From a bacterium (GTDB lineage: Bacteria > Patescibacteriota > Minisyncoccia > Minisyncoccales > CG1-02-41-26), in assembly GCA_021162885.1 (NCBI GenBank), contig JAGGXV010000022.1, forward strand, positions 57,571-121,570: a stretch of DNA of 64,000 bases, in the 5' to 3' direction. Made by a program: the position numbers and the translations under genes. The notes below the pieces were generated by a model. The model was not told the origin of the DNA. It saw only the letters and a list, made by a program, of their open reading frames with translations, and did no database searches. This document shows positions 54,903 through 63,407 of the stretch, piece after piece (within the stretch, counting starts at the first letter, position 1; each line of letters begins with the position of its first letter).

Positions 54903-57900
54903 CTATATATCCAAGTTCTTTACTTTTTTAGCATGAACCTGAATAAACTTTTTCCTCGGCAAAACTTCTTTCCCCATCAAAATGTCAAAAATATGATCAG
55001 CGGCTTTGGCGTCTTCAATAGTTACTTGAAGTAATATTCGATTCTCTGGATTCATAGTCGTTTCCCAGAGTTCTTCGGGGTTCATCTCTCCCAACCCCTT
55101 GTAGCGCTGAATATTAATACTCTTTTCTTCTTTCTTCGTCTTTTTAATATCAGATAAAATCTCTTGTTTGTCTTGCTCAGTATAAGCATATTCTGTTCTT
55201 TTCCCTACTTGGATTTTATATAAGGGTGGTTGAGCAATATAAAGGTATCCTTTTTCAACCACTTCTCTGAAATAGCGGAAAAACAAAGTTAAAAGAAGCG
55301 TCCTTATATGGGCACCATCGGTATTCTTAAGAAGAACTCCACCAGGACTGGCAATAAAATTCTGATCTCCTAAAACAGAAAGGTCATAGACAAATTTGTC
55401 TTTAATATTTTTTAGCTTTTTAATGCTTTTTACTTTAAGTCCGACGAAATCTTGAGAAATGGGTTGGATATATTTTCCAATAACTTTTTTATAATTTACT
55501 TCTTTGAGAAGATACATTTCTAATCTTTCAGCATCTTTATGATCCTGCCAAACATTTTTAGTTTTCCATAAATAATCCACTGTAGATATTGATAAATCAT
55601 AAGATTTAAAATTAGACCTGATAAGCTTCCCGTCTTTGCTGTAATGGTTTTTGGTTTGATTAACACCATAAGCTGGAAATATTCCCCATTGCCGAAAAAT
55701 AGTAAGTATTCCTTCAATCAATCTCTGCGAAGACAAACGCCAGCCATAAATTGCTTTAGTTTTACTGGTTTTTTTACTTGTCCAAACTATAATAAAGCCA
55801 TCGCTCTGAAGCAATCCTTTAAGGAGTGCCGTTTGAATTTCTCTTTTTGTATTGAAAAATATATCTGGAATAAACTTCTCATTTGCTCTCTTGCCCAGTA
55901 CTCCAAGCTTTGCAAGAAGTAACCGAAACTCAAAAGAATGAAAGTGTAACTGAATATTATTCTCTTTCTTATAATCTAAAATAGGTTTAGCATTAAACTT
56001 TTCTTTTATAATCCGGGAAAGATTTTTAATATATTTACTTTCTTTTTCTTTGTTTAGAGAAAATGCAAACCTATTTGGATTCTTATCTTCGGGTATTGCA
56101 CAGCCATCTCCTAAAAACCAGCCAATTAAATACGCTAAATCTTTATCTAGCTTAAATTCAGTTTTAATTTTGTGAGTATGATTTCCGTAATAAAATTTGG
56201 CGGATTCAGGAAATTTATTTCCTTTCCAATCTTCTAAAGGAATATAAACATTACAATTGATTCGATAAAAATCCTGATTAATTTGGTTTAAATAATTTCG
56301 GAGGAGAGCGAATCTTGGCATTACATTGTCAAATTTCTCCTCCCATTGCTGGATTACTCCTCTTCCTACTTTAACTAAATTCTCCATTTTTAATCTTGAA
56401 ATTTGGTTTTTTACTCTTTCTTGTTTTAACTTCTGAAAATAATATTTTGGAATCTCTATCCAAGCAGAAGAAGGAATTTTTTTTAGTACTTCCTTTTTCA
56501 CCTTTACAGAAACATTTTTTGGTTTTTCCTTTAAAAGAACACTTTTTAAATCAATAATAAAATCTTTATCTTGACGCGGAAATAATCTTGGAAATATTAA
56601 GAGATCTCCCCTCTTAATATCTTTTGTTTTCTTAGTTCTAATCTTTTTGTTTTCATAAACATAAACGCTATGACAATCAGTTACTTTAACAGGGTAACCA
56701 CAATAAGTTTTAATTTCATATAAATCTGTCCTTAAGGGATGACGGATCGTCTGTAAAATTTCTTTAAGTTCTAGTTTTTTTGTCTTCAGATTGCAAGTTA
56801 AAACCTTGTATTTTGTGGTATCGTCGCAATTTTCAATAAACTCGCCGGCTTGGGTGCAAAAGAAACTCTTCTTTTCTTTGTCATAAAGGAAAATTGAAGT
56901 ATCTCCGGTTATTGAGTCCGCGTCAGTCATTATTATAATTCGGTGATACCGCAGTTTGTTTATGTCAAAATCTTGAGCGATGGCCGTACCCAAAGCAATG
57001 ATTAAAGATTTTAATTCTTGGGAAGCTAAAATTTTATCTAACCTCGCTCTTTCAACATTCAAAATCTTTCCTTTTAAAGGCAGAATTGCTTGAAACGTTC
57101 TGTCTCTGGCTTGTTTTCCACTGCCACCAGCCGAATCACCTTCAACAATATAAAGCTCAGAGTCCTCAGGATTTTTAGAAGAGCAATCAGCTAATTTTCC
57201 GGGCAAAGTTAAACCTTCCAAAACTCCTTTTCTTAAAACTGTAGTTCTGGCTGCCTTGGCCGCTCTCCGAGCTCTGGCTGCTAAAAGACAATTCTCAATA
57301 ATCGCTTTGGCATCTTGGGGATTTTTTTCCAGAAAATCAGCTAAACCTTCTGAGAAAACGCTATCAACAACGGTCTTGGCTTCAGGGTTACCAAGTTTTG
57401 CCTTGGTCTGACCTTCAAATTGAGGTTCTTTTAATTTTACCGAAATTGCTGCCACCAATCCCTCTCTAACATCTCCCCCACTAAAATTTTCCTCTTTTTC
57501 GGAAAGGTAGCCATTTTTTCTGGCATAATCATTCAGGACTCGAGTCAAAGCAGTCCGGAAACCAGTCAAATGAGTCCCACCCTCGCCTGTAAAAATATTA
57601 TTGACAAACCCTTCTTCAAGAGCCTCCATCTCTTTAGCATATTGAAAAGCGACCTCAACTAAAATTCCTTCTTTCTCTCCTCGAGTATAACAAATGTTCT
57701 CGTGACGAACTTCCCCGTCCCCAATTAAATATTTAATGTAAGAGCGAAGTCCTCCTTCAAAATAAAAGTTATATAAAGTTGGTGGAGATTCTCGCTCGTC
57801 CCGAACACTTATTTTAACTCCCGGAGTTAGATAGGCCTGTTGACGGAGATGATTTAAAATCCTTTCCGAGTTAAAGTAAATACTCCTGAAAATCTCTGGA

Positions 57901-58442
57901 TCAGGTTCAAAAATGACGGTGGTACCTGACTTTTTACACTTCCCAATTTTCTTTACTTTTGTGATTGCCTTGCCTCGAGAGTATTCTTGAGCATATCTCT
58001 CTCCCTGCCGACAAACCTCCACTCTCATATACTTTGATAAGGCACAAACAACTGAAACCCCCACGCCGTGCAAACCACCAGCTACCTGATAGGCTTTTCC
58101 TCCAAATTTCGCTCCAGCATGCAAAGTGGTCATTACTGTTTCTAAAGCAGATTTACCAGTTTGAGGATGCTTCTCAACCGGAATCCCTCTGCCATTGTCT
58201 TCACATCTAACTCTATTATCTGGAAGAAGAGTAATCTTTATTTCGTTGGCGTAACCAGCCACGCATTCGTCAATTCCGTTATCCAATACTTCCCAGATTA
58301 AGTGGTGTAAACCTTCGGGACCTGTTGAACCGATATACATTCCCGGCCTTTTTCTCACCGGCTCCAAACCCTTTAAGACATATATATCCTCGGCTGTGTA
58401 TGACTCCTTTTTAGTTTTCTTTTTTGCTTTTTTAGAAGGCAT
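54903..58442 (-). CDS. gyrB: DNA gyrase subunit B containing an intein
   Basis: GLEPVRKRPGMYIG, DNGRGIP, EGDSAGG, PLKGKILN, IMTDAD/TDGAHI, QRYKGLGEM. Confidence 0.97.
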   Translation of the reverse strand: MPSKKAKKKTKKESYTAEDIYVLKGLEPVRKRPGMYIGSTGPEGLHHLIWEVLDNGIDECVAGYANEIKITLLPDNRVRCEDNGRGIPVEKHPQTGKSALETVMTTLHAGAKFGGKAYQVAGGLHGVGVSVVCALSKYMRVEVCRQGERYAQEYSRGKAITKVKKIGKCKKSGTTVIFEPDPEIFRSIYFNSERILNHLRQQAYLTPGVKISVRDERESPPTLYNFYFEGGLRSYIKYLIGDGEVRHENICYTRGEKEGILVEVAFQYAKEMEALEEGFVNNIFTGEGGTHLTGFRTALTRVLNDYARKNGYLSEKEENFSGGDVREGLVAAISVKLKEPQFEGQTKAKLGNPEAKTVVDSVFSEGLADFLEKNPQDAKAIIENCLLAARARRAAKAARTTVLRKGVLEGLTLPGKLADCSSKNPEDSELYIVEGDSAGGSGKQARDRTFQAILPLKGKILNVERARLDKILASQELKSLIIALGTAIAQDFDINKLRYHRIIIMTDADSITGDTSIFLYDKEKKSFFCTQAGEFIENCDDTTKYKVLTCNLKTKKLELKEILQTIRHPLRTDLYEIKTYCGYPVKVTDCHSVYVYENKKIRTKKTKDIKRGDLLIFPRLFPRQDKDFIIDLKSVLLKEKPKNVSVKVKKEVLKKIPSSAWIEIPKYYFQKLKQERVKNQISRLKMENLVKVGRGVIQQWEEKFDNVMPRFALLRNYLNQINQDFYRINCNVYIPLEDWKGNKFPESAKFYYGNHTHKIKTEFKLDKDLAYLIGWFLGDGCAIPEDKNPNRFAFSLNKEKESKYIKNLSRIIKEKFNAKPILDYKKENNIQLHFHSFEFRLLLAKLGVLGKRANEKFIPDIFFNTKREIQTALLKGLLQSDGFIIVWTSKKTSKTKAIYGWRLSSQRLIEGILTIFRQWGIFPAYGVNQTKNHYSKDGKLIRSNFKSYDLSISTVDYLWKTKNVWQDHKDAERLEMYLLKEVNYKKVIGKYIQPISQDFVGLKVKSIKKLKNIKDKFVYDLSVLGDQNFIASPGGVLLKNTDGAHIRTLLLTLFFRYFREVVEKGYLYIAQPPLYKIQVGKRTEYAYTEQDKQEILSDIKKTKKEEKSINIQRYKGLGEMNPEELWETTMNPENRILLQVTIEDAKAADHIFDILMGKEVLPRKKFIQVHAKKVKNLDI
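55323..56915 (-). mobile_element. 531-aa intein with a LAGLIDADG endonuclease and an HTH-like insert
   Basis: Starts SITGDT; block B VTDCHSV; LIGWFLGDG and LKGLLQSDG; block F VYDLSV..NF; ends LLKN; +1 residue is Thr. Confidence 0.93.
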
Positions 58443-58447
58443 GGTTT

Positions 58448-58585
58448 TAATTTTCAATTTACAATTTTCAATTTACAATCAATTCCCAATTTTCAATGAT
58501 TTAATTTCCAAACAAGAATAAACAAAGATTGAAAATTTGGTCATTGAAAATTCATTGAAAATTGGTACTTGAAAATTGAAAATTT
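58448..58585. repeat. Heptamer inverted-repeat element, empty form
   Basis: Same arms as 31377 and 33327; fills the pheT-gyrB gap. Confidence 0.85.
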
Positions 58586-60683
58586 ACTTACGTACTTCCC
58601 AGGCCGGTCTTTCTTCCAGAGCTTTAATTATTTTTTGATGAATTTTATCAATTTCTCGGGAAGATAAAGTTCTATCTTCGGCTTGATAGATTATATGAAA
58701 AGCAAAATTCTCTTTACCTTCAGGAATTCCTTCGCCTGAGTAAACATCAAAAAGATCAACATCCCGCACCAATTTTCCTCCAGCTGCATTTATAATATTT
58801 AAAACTTCCACTGTTTTCGTCCCAAGGGGAACCAAAACCGCCAAATCTCTAACGGCAGCTGGGTGAACTGAAATTGGCTGATATTCATGTTCCTCACAAG
58901 CAAATTTTTTCAATTTTTCGAAATTAAGATCGAACACAAATACTTTCTCGGCAATCTTTAATTGTTCTAAAATGTTTGGATGAATTTCCCCCAAAAATCC
59001 AATTTCTTTACCATCGATTTTAATTTCGGCACTTTTTTTGGGATGCCATATTCCAAAGTGGGATTCTTCTGGAGTTTGTTGATAATCGTCAAACCAAACA
59101 TTACTAATTCCTAATTTATTAAGCAACAATTCCACTACTCCCTTTAACTCATAAAACCCCTCATTACCTATCCCTTTCCTTGTTAGTACTCCTCCTAACA
59201 TCTTTTTTTCTAAGATTTGAGATTTGCGATTTGAGGCTTGAGACTTCTTAAATGTTTTTCCAATTTCAAAAATTTTAATTTCATCAAAAAATTTTAAGTT
59301 TTCTTTAACATTTTTTAGCAAATTTGGAATCAAACTCGGCCTCAAATATCTGTTAAAAGAACTAATTGGATTTTCTAATTCCACTACCGCTGATTTACGC
59401 TGCCAAAACTGATAAATGCTAATATCTTTTTCACCAATAAAAGAATAATTGTAAATTTCAGAAAATCCTGTCTCTTTTAAAATATCTTTTACATTTTTCT
59501 GCCAAAAAAGCTCTTCATTTTTCTCGGGAGGAATTAAAGCGGCTTGAGGAAAAACTAAAGGGATATTTTCGTAACCATAAATTCTCCCGATTTCCTCAAT
59601 TAAATCTTCCTGAATAGAAACATCTAATCTTCTGGTTGGTACTTCTACTGTTAAAATTTTCAATTTACAATTTTCAATTTTCAAACCTAATGATTTCAAA
59701 ATTCTAATTACTTTTGACTCAGAAATATTAACTCCTAATAATCTTTCAACATACTTTAAATCTAGTTTAACTTTCTTAGGACGGGTTTTCTTTGGATAAA
59801 AATCAACCATTCCTCCAACAATCTTGCCATCGGCTATTTTTTGAACCAAAGAACATACTCTCTTTTGAGCAAAATCAATCAAGTTGAGATCAATCCCGTT
59901 CTCAAAACGCCAGGAAGCATCGGTTTTCAGTTTTAATTTTCGAGAGGCCTTCCGAATTACTCTTGGATTAAAACTAGCCGCTTCAATAATTATATTTTTT
60001 GTCTTATTGTCAATGCCAGTACTCTCGCCTCCTTTTATTCCCGCGATAGCAATTGGCTTTTCCGCATCAGCAATCAGCAAAATATCTTTATCTAAAGTAT
60101 AAGTTTTATCATCTAAGGCAGTAATTTTCTCTCCCTTTTTCGCCCTTCTGACAATTATCTTCTTTTTTTGGATTTGGGATTTGGGATTTAAGCTTTTGAT
60201 TTTATCTAAATCAAAAGCGTGTATCGGCTGTCCGGTTTCTAACATCACATAATTTGTTATGTCAACAATATTGTTGATTGGCTCCAATCCACAAACTTTC
60301 AATCTCTCTTGAATCCACTTCGGCGAAGGTTTCACTTTCACCCCCAAAATTACTTTTGCTGTATAACGCGGGCAATCCTCTTTATTTTCAACTTCAACCC
60401 CAATAAAATCTTTAGCTTTTAAATTTTTATTTTCCTTTATTTCAGAATCTGGAATTTGAAATTTAGAATTTGTAAGAACAGCGCACTCCCGAGCTATTCC
60501 AAGATGAGAAAAACAATCAGGAGCCCGATTGGGTAAAACATCAATGTCTAAAATCCAATCCTTTCCTACACGTTTTACTTCCTCTACTTCAAAACTATGT
60601 AAAGTCAAAATCTCTGCCAATTTCTCAGGAGTTGGCATCTTTCCATTTATATAATCTTTTAACCAGTTATAAGAGAATATCAT
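58584..60683 (-). CDS. pheT: Phenylalanine-tRNA ligase beta subunit
   Basis: SYNWL, PNR.DC.SH.GIARE, DITNYVMLE.GQP.HAFD, DLIEEIGRIYG, RDLA, LFDVY.G. Confidence 0.97.
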   Translation of the reverse strand: MIFSYNWLKDYINGKMPTPEKLAEILTLHSFEVEEVKRVGKDWILDIDVLPNRAPDCFSHLGIARECAVLTNSKFQIPDSEIKENKNLKAKDFIGVEVENKEDCPRYTAKVILGVKVKPSPKWIQERLKVCGLEPINNIVDITNYVMLETGQPIHAFDLDKIKSLNPKSQIQKKKIIVRRAKKGEKITALDDKTYTLDKDILLIADAEKPIAIAGIKGGESTGIDNKTKNIIIEAASFNPRVIRKASRKLKLKTDASWRFENGIDLNLIDFAQKRVCSLVQKIADGKIVGGMVDFYPKKTRPKKVKLDLKYVERLLGVNISESKVIRILKSLGLKIENCKLKILTVEVPTRRLDVSIQEDLIEEIGRIYGYENIPLVFPQAALIPPEKNEELFWQKNVKDILKETGFSEIYNYSFIGEKDISIYQFWQRKSAVVELENPISSFNRYLRPSLIPNLLKNVKENLKFFDEIKIFEIGKTFKKSQASNRKSQILEKKMLGGVLTRKGIGNEGFYELKGVVELLLNKLGISNVWFDDYQQTPEESHFGIWHPKKSAEIKIDGKEIGFLGEIHPNILEQLKIAEKVFVFDLNFEKLKKFACEEHEYQPISVHPAAVRDLAVLVPLGTKTVEVLNIINAAGGKLVRDVDLFDVYSGEGIPEGKENFAFHIIYQAEDRTLSSREIDKIHQKIIKALEERPAWEVRK

Positions 60684-60691
60684 GGCGAATA

Positions 60692-60808
60692 GCTTCTAAG
60701 GACAAGGCAGGTTCGCTCTCCATCGGCCTCTCAGAAGCAGCTGAATACGGTCTCCGGCCGAAGGAAGGAGTCAGCCGCCAAGCGCAGAGCTGACTGCCGA
60801 GTCCTTAC
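60692..60808. repeat. GC-rich hairpin element between pheS and pheT (CTCGG family)
   Basis: AAGGACAAGGCAG...CTGCCGAGTCCTT; related to 1693-1852. Confidence 0.6.
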
Positions 60809-60812
60809 TTTA

Positions 60813-61865
60813 TCAGAATTGTTTTAAAAATCTTAAATCGCCGCTGTAAAATAAACGGATGTCGTTAATTTTATATCGGAGCATAGCCAGTCTGTCCAGA
60901 CCCACTCCGAAAGCAAATCCTTGCCAGTTTTTTGGGTTAATGCCAGCCGCTTTAAAAACATTTGGGTGAACCATCCCCGCTCCCAAAAGTTCAGTCCAGT
61001 TTCCTTTTTTTTCTCCACGAATATCAATTTCAAAACTTGGCTCAGTAAAAGGGAAATAACTTGGTCGCAATCTAATTTCAATTTTGGTTTTAAAAAATCT
61101 TTTTAAAAATTCTTCAATTATTGCTTTAAAGTTTGCTACCGAAACATTTTCGTCAACCATTAAACATTCGAGCTGATAGAACTGAATCTCATGGGAAGCA
61201 TCGGTTGCCTCGTGCCGGAAACATTTTCCTGGGACCACAATCCTCAAAGGAGGACTGTGCTTTTCCATATAACGAATCTGTACCGGACTGGTATGCGTCC
61301 GCAAAAGAAGTTTTTGAAATTTCGAATTTTGAATTTTAAATTTGTTTGGGATTTGGGATTTGTGATTTGGGATTTTTTGGTTGCGAAGCAACCAAAAGGT
61401 GTCCCAAAAATCTCTGGCTGGATGATCTTTGGGAATATTTAAAGCGTCGAAATTGTACCATTCTGTTTCAACCTCCGGTCCCAGAACCACTGAAAATCCC
61501 AACGATTGAAAAATCTCCAAAACTTCTCTCTGAACTAAAGTCAAAGGATGCAAATGGCCAACTCCTAACTTCTTTCCAGGGCGTGTCACATCGATTTTCT
61601 CTTTCTCAATTTTTTGCTTTCTAAGTTTTCCTTGGAGTTCTTTTAATTTCTCTTTTATCATTTCTTCAACCTCCCTTTTTACCAGATTGGCTTCCTTGCC
61701 GAGTTTCTTTTTCTCTTTCTCTGAAAGCCCTTTTAACGAACTAAAAATTCGGCTAATCTCCCCTTTCTTACCCAAATATTTCTTAAAAATCTTGTCCAAT
61801 TCTTTCAAATTCTTGGCTTTTCTTATCTCTTTTTGAGCTCTGGTTTTTAGTTCATTTAAGTCCAT
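60813..61865 (-). CDS. pheS: Phenylalanine-tRNA ligase alpha subunit
   Basis: NFDALN.P.DHPAR, LRTHTSPVQ, RPSYFPFTEPS, GFAFG.G.DRL. Confidence 0.98.
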   Translation of the reverse strand: MDLNELKTRAQKEIRKAKNLKELDKIFKKYLGKKGEISRIFSSLKGLSEKEKKKLGKEANLVKREVEEMIKEKLKELQGKLRKQKIEKEKIDVTRPGKKLGVGHLHPLTLVQREVLEIFQSLGFSVVLGPEVETEWYNFDALNIPKDHPARDFWDTFWLLRNQKIPNHKSQIPNKFKIQNSKFQKLLLRTHTSPVQIRYMEKHSPPLRIVVPGKCFRHEATDASHEIQFYQLECLMVDENVSVANFKAIIEEFLKRFFKTKIEIRLRPSYFPFTEPSFEIDIRGEKKGNWTELLGAGMVHPNVFKAAGINPKNWQGFAFGVGLDRLAMLRYKINDIRLFYSGDLRFLKQF

Positions 61866-62095
61866 ATTATTCTTTCATTTTACCCTAATTTTCAACAAGA
61901 AACAAGCTATAGTTATCCACAAAAAAACTCTGGAATATCTATTTCCAGAGGAACAAATAAGGACAATTTTCATTGTTATAAACCCTTTAAAAATGTTTAA
62001 TTGGATGGTAGATGGCAAAGTTCAAACAAACTTTGACTAAAATCTAATACGTAAAATAATGGCGATCGTCTCTGTCTTACATATTCACTGAAACA

Positions 62096-62125
62096 AAAAG
62101 CCAAGCGTTTGAGCTTGCTTTTTTT
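62096..62125. terminator. Terminator-like hairpin after the tRNA cluster
   Basis: AAAAAGC.AAGC...GCTTGCTTTTTTT. Confidence 0.55.
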
Positions 62126-62131
62126 GTACTG

Positions 62132-62205
62132 CGCGGGCGATCGGATTTGAACCGACGGTCTCCACTGTGACAGAGTGGCGCTTTAAACCACTAAGCTACG
62201 CCCGC
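62132..62205 (-). tRNA. tRNA-Asp(GTC)
   Basis: GCGGGCG/CGCCCGC acceptor, G73, loop CT-GTC-AC. Confidence 0.93.
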
Positions 62206-62212
62206 ATTTTCA

Positions 62213-62283
62213 TGTCGGGGGTGGGAATCGAACCCACATTAACCGCTTATGAGACGGCTTTAGAAACCACTCTACTCCCCGAC
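62213..62283 (-). tRNA. Atypical tRNA with a CAT anticodon (Met or Ile2)
   Basis: GTCGGGG/CCCCGAC acceptor, loop CT-CAT-AA, GTTCGATTC T arm; non-canonical D region; 71 nt. Confidence 0.8.
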
Positions 62284-62295
62284 ATCATCAACGCA

Positions 62296-62982
62296 TCATT
62301 TAATCCCCTTCGCTAACCCTTCAATCCAGCCATGAATCCTTCTTCTTAGTTGAGTGCCCTGCCGAACTGTGATTCTCAAAGTACCATAATAGTTATTATA
62401 ATTTGAGTAAATCTTTTTGGTTTTGCTTTTTATTAAAACCGTTTTATTAAATTGTCCAACTGGAATCTTGGTAAGATCTGACCAATAATTCTCTACTTCT
62501 TTAGTTCTATCTTTATGAGTTTCATTTATTTTAACCTGTAGAGAAATATCATCATCTGAAACCTTACAAATTTCTTTAAACCATCGTAACATTAACAGAA
62601 TCATTTTCGGGTCTGAATTTGTAAAACCGACCTGCTCTCCACCAGAATATGTATATCCTTCGCTCCAATACATGGCTACTCCGGCGATGAAAAGATCTCT
62701 TTTGCTTAACTTACCAATTTCCTTTATCCCCTGTTTTCGCAAAAGCGCTACTTCTTTTATTCTTTCTTTTCTTATTCTTTCTAAAAATTTCATTCTTCCT
62801 TTATAACTTCCGGATTCTTGTCTTTTGGCTAACCTCTCAATTTGTTCTGGACCAAGTTGAATATTGCGGCACCACGAACTTACAGTACTTTTGGCTATAT
62901 TTAACTTCGCAGAAATTTCATTTATGCTTCTCCCTTTCTTGCGTAGTTTAAGCGCTTTATTTTTTTCTATAAATCTAACCAT
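62296..62982 (-). CDS. HTH plus single LAGLIDADG-like motif protein between tRNA genes
   Basis: GRSINEIS.KLNIAKSTVS.W (HTH), AGVAMYWSEG, FTNSDPKMI; paralog of 21027..21617. Confidence 0.75.
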   Translation of the reverse strand: MVRFIEKNKALKLRKKGRSINEISAKLNIAKSTVSSWCRNIQLGPEQIERLAKRQESGSYKGRMKFLERIRKERIKEVALLRKQGIKEIGKLSKRDLFIAGVAMYWSEGYTYSGGEQVGFTNSDPKMILLMLRWFKEICKVSDDDISLQVKINETHKDRTKEVENYWSDLTKIPVGQFNKTVLIKSKTKKIYSNYNNYYGTLRITVRQGTQLRRRIHGWIEGLAKGIK

Positions 62983-63051
62983 GAACCCACCGTAATATAT
63001 ATTATTTAATTATACCGTGGGTCCAAAAATATCGCAATGTAGATAAACTTG

Positions 63052-63371
63052 TTGCGGGGCTGGGAATTGCACCCAGGTCTCGAGGTTCTTTAATGTTAGC
63101 CATTTGTTTCCAAATGGAACGGACTATACCATTCCCCTTCTTTTAATCAAAAGAAGGGGACTCCCATTATAGTCTCTGAACCTTCCAAGCACATATAGCG
63201 TTATATGCTCGGCTTGGCTGCTGATTACCCCACCCACTATGCTAATTGTAGATATTATTCCTTGCTTAGAGGACGGGTTTCTCAGCAATTTAGGGAATTT
63301 TTCACGAAATGTTGCCATTTCGAGCCACAAAGTCTTATGGGCCTCGCAAGATACTACTTCTCCACCCCGCG
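63052..63371 (-). tRNA. Initiator tRNA-fMet(CAT) interrupted by a group I intron
   Basis: Exons 63371-63337 and 63087-63052 rejoin to give CGAGG-CCCATAA-CCTCG; C1:A72 mismatch. Confidence 0.88.
63088..63336 (-). mobile_element. Group I intron, 249 nt, no ORF
   Basis: 5' exon ends in U and can pair CCAU/GUGG; P AAATTGCTGAGAA, Q AATCAGCAGC, R GTTCAGAGACTA, S ATAGTCC; terminal G. Confidence 0.9.
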
Positions 63372-63407
63372 ATTTCATTTTATATTAAATTTAAAAGAAA
63401 TTCAACC

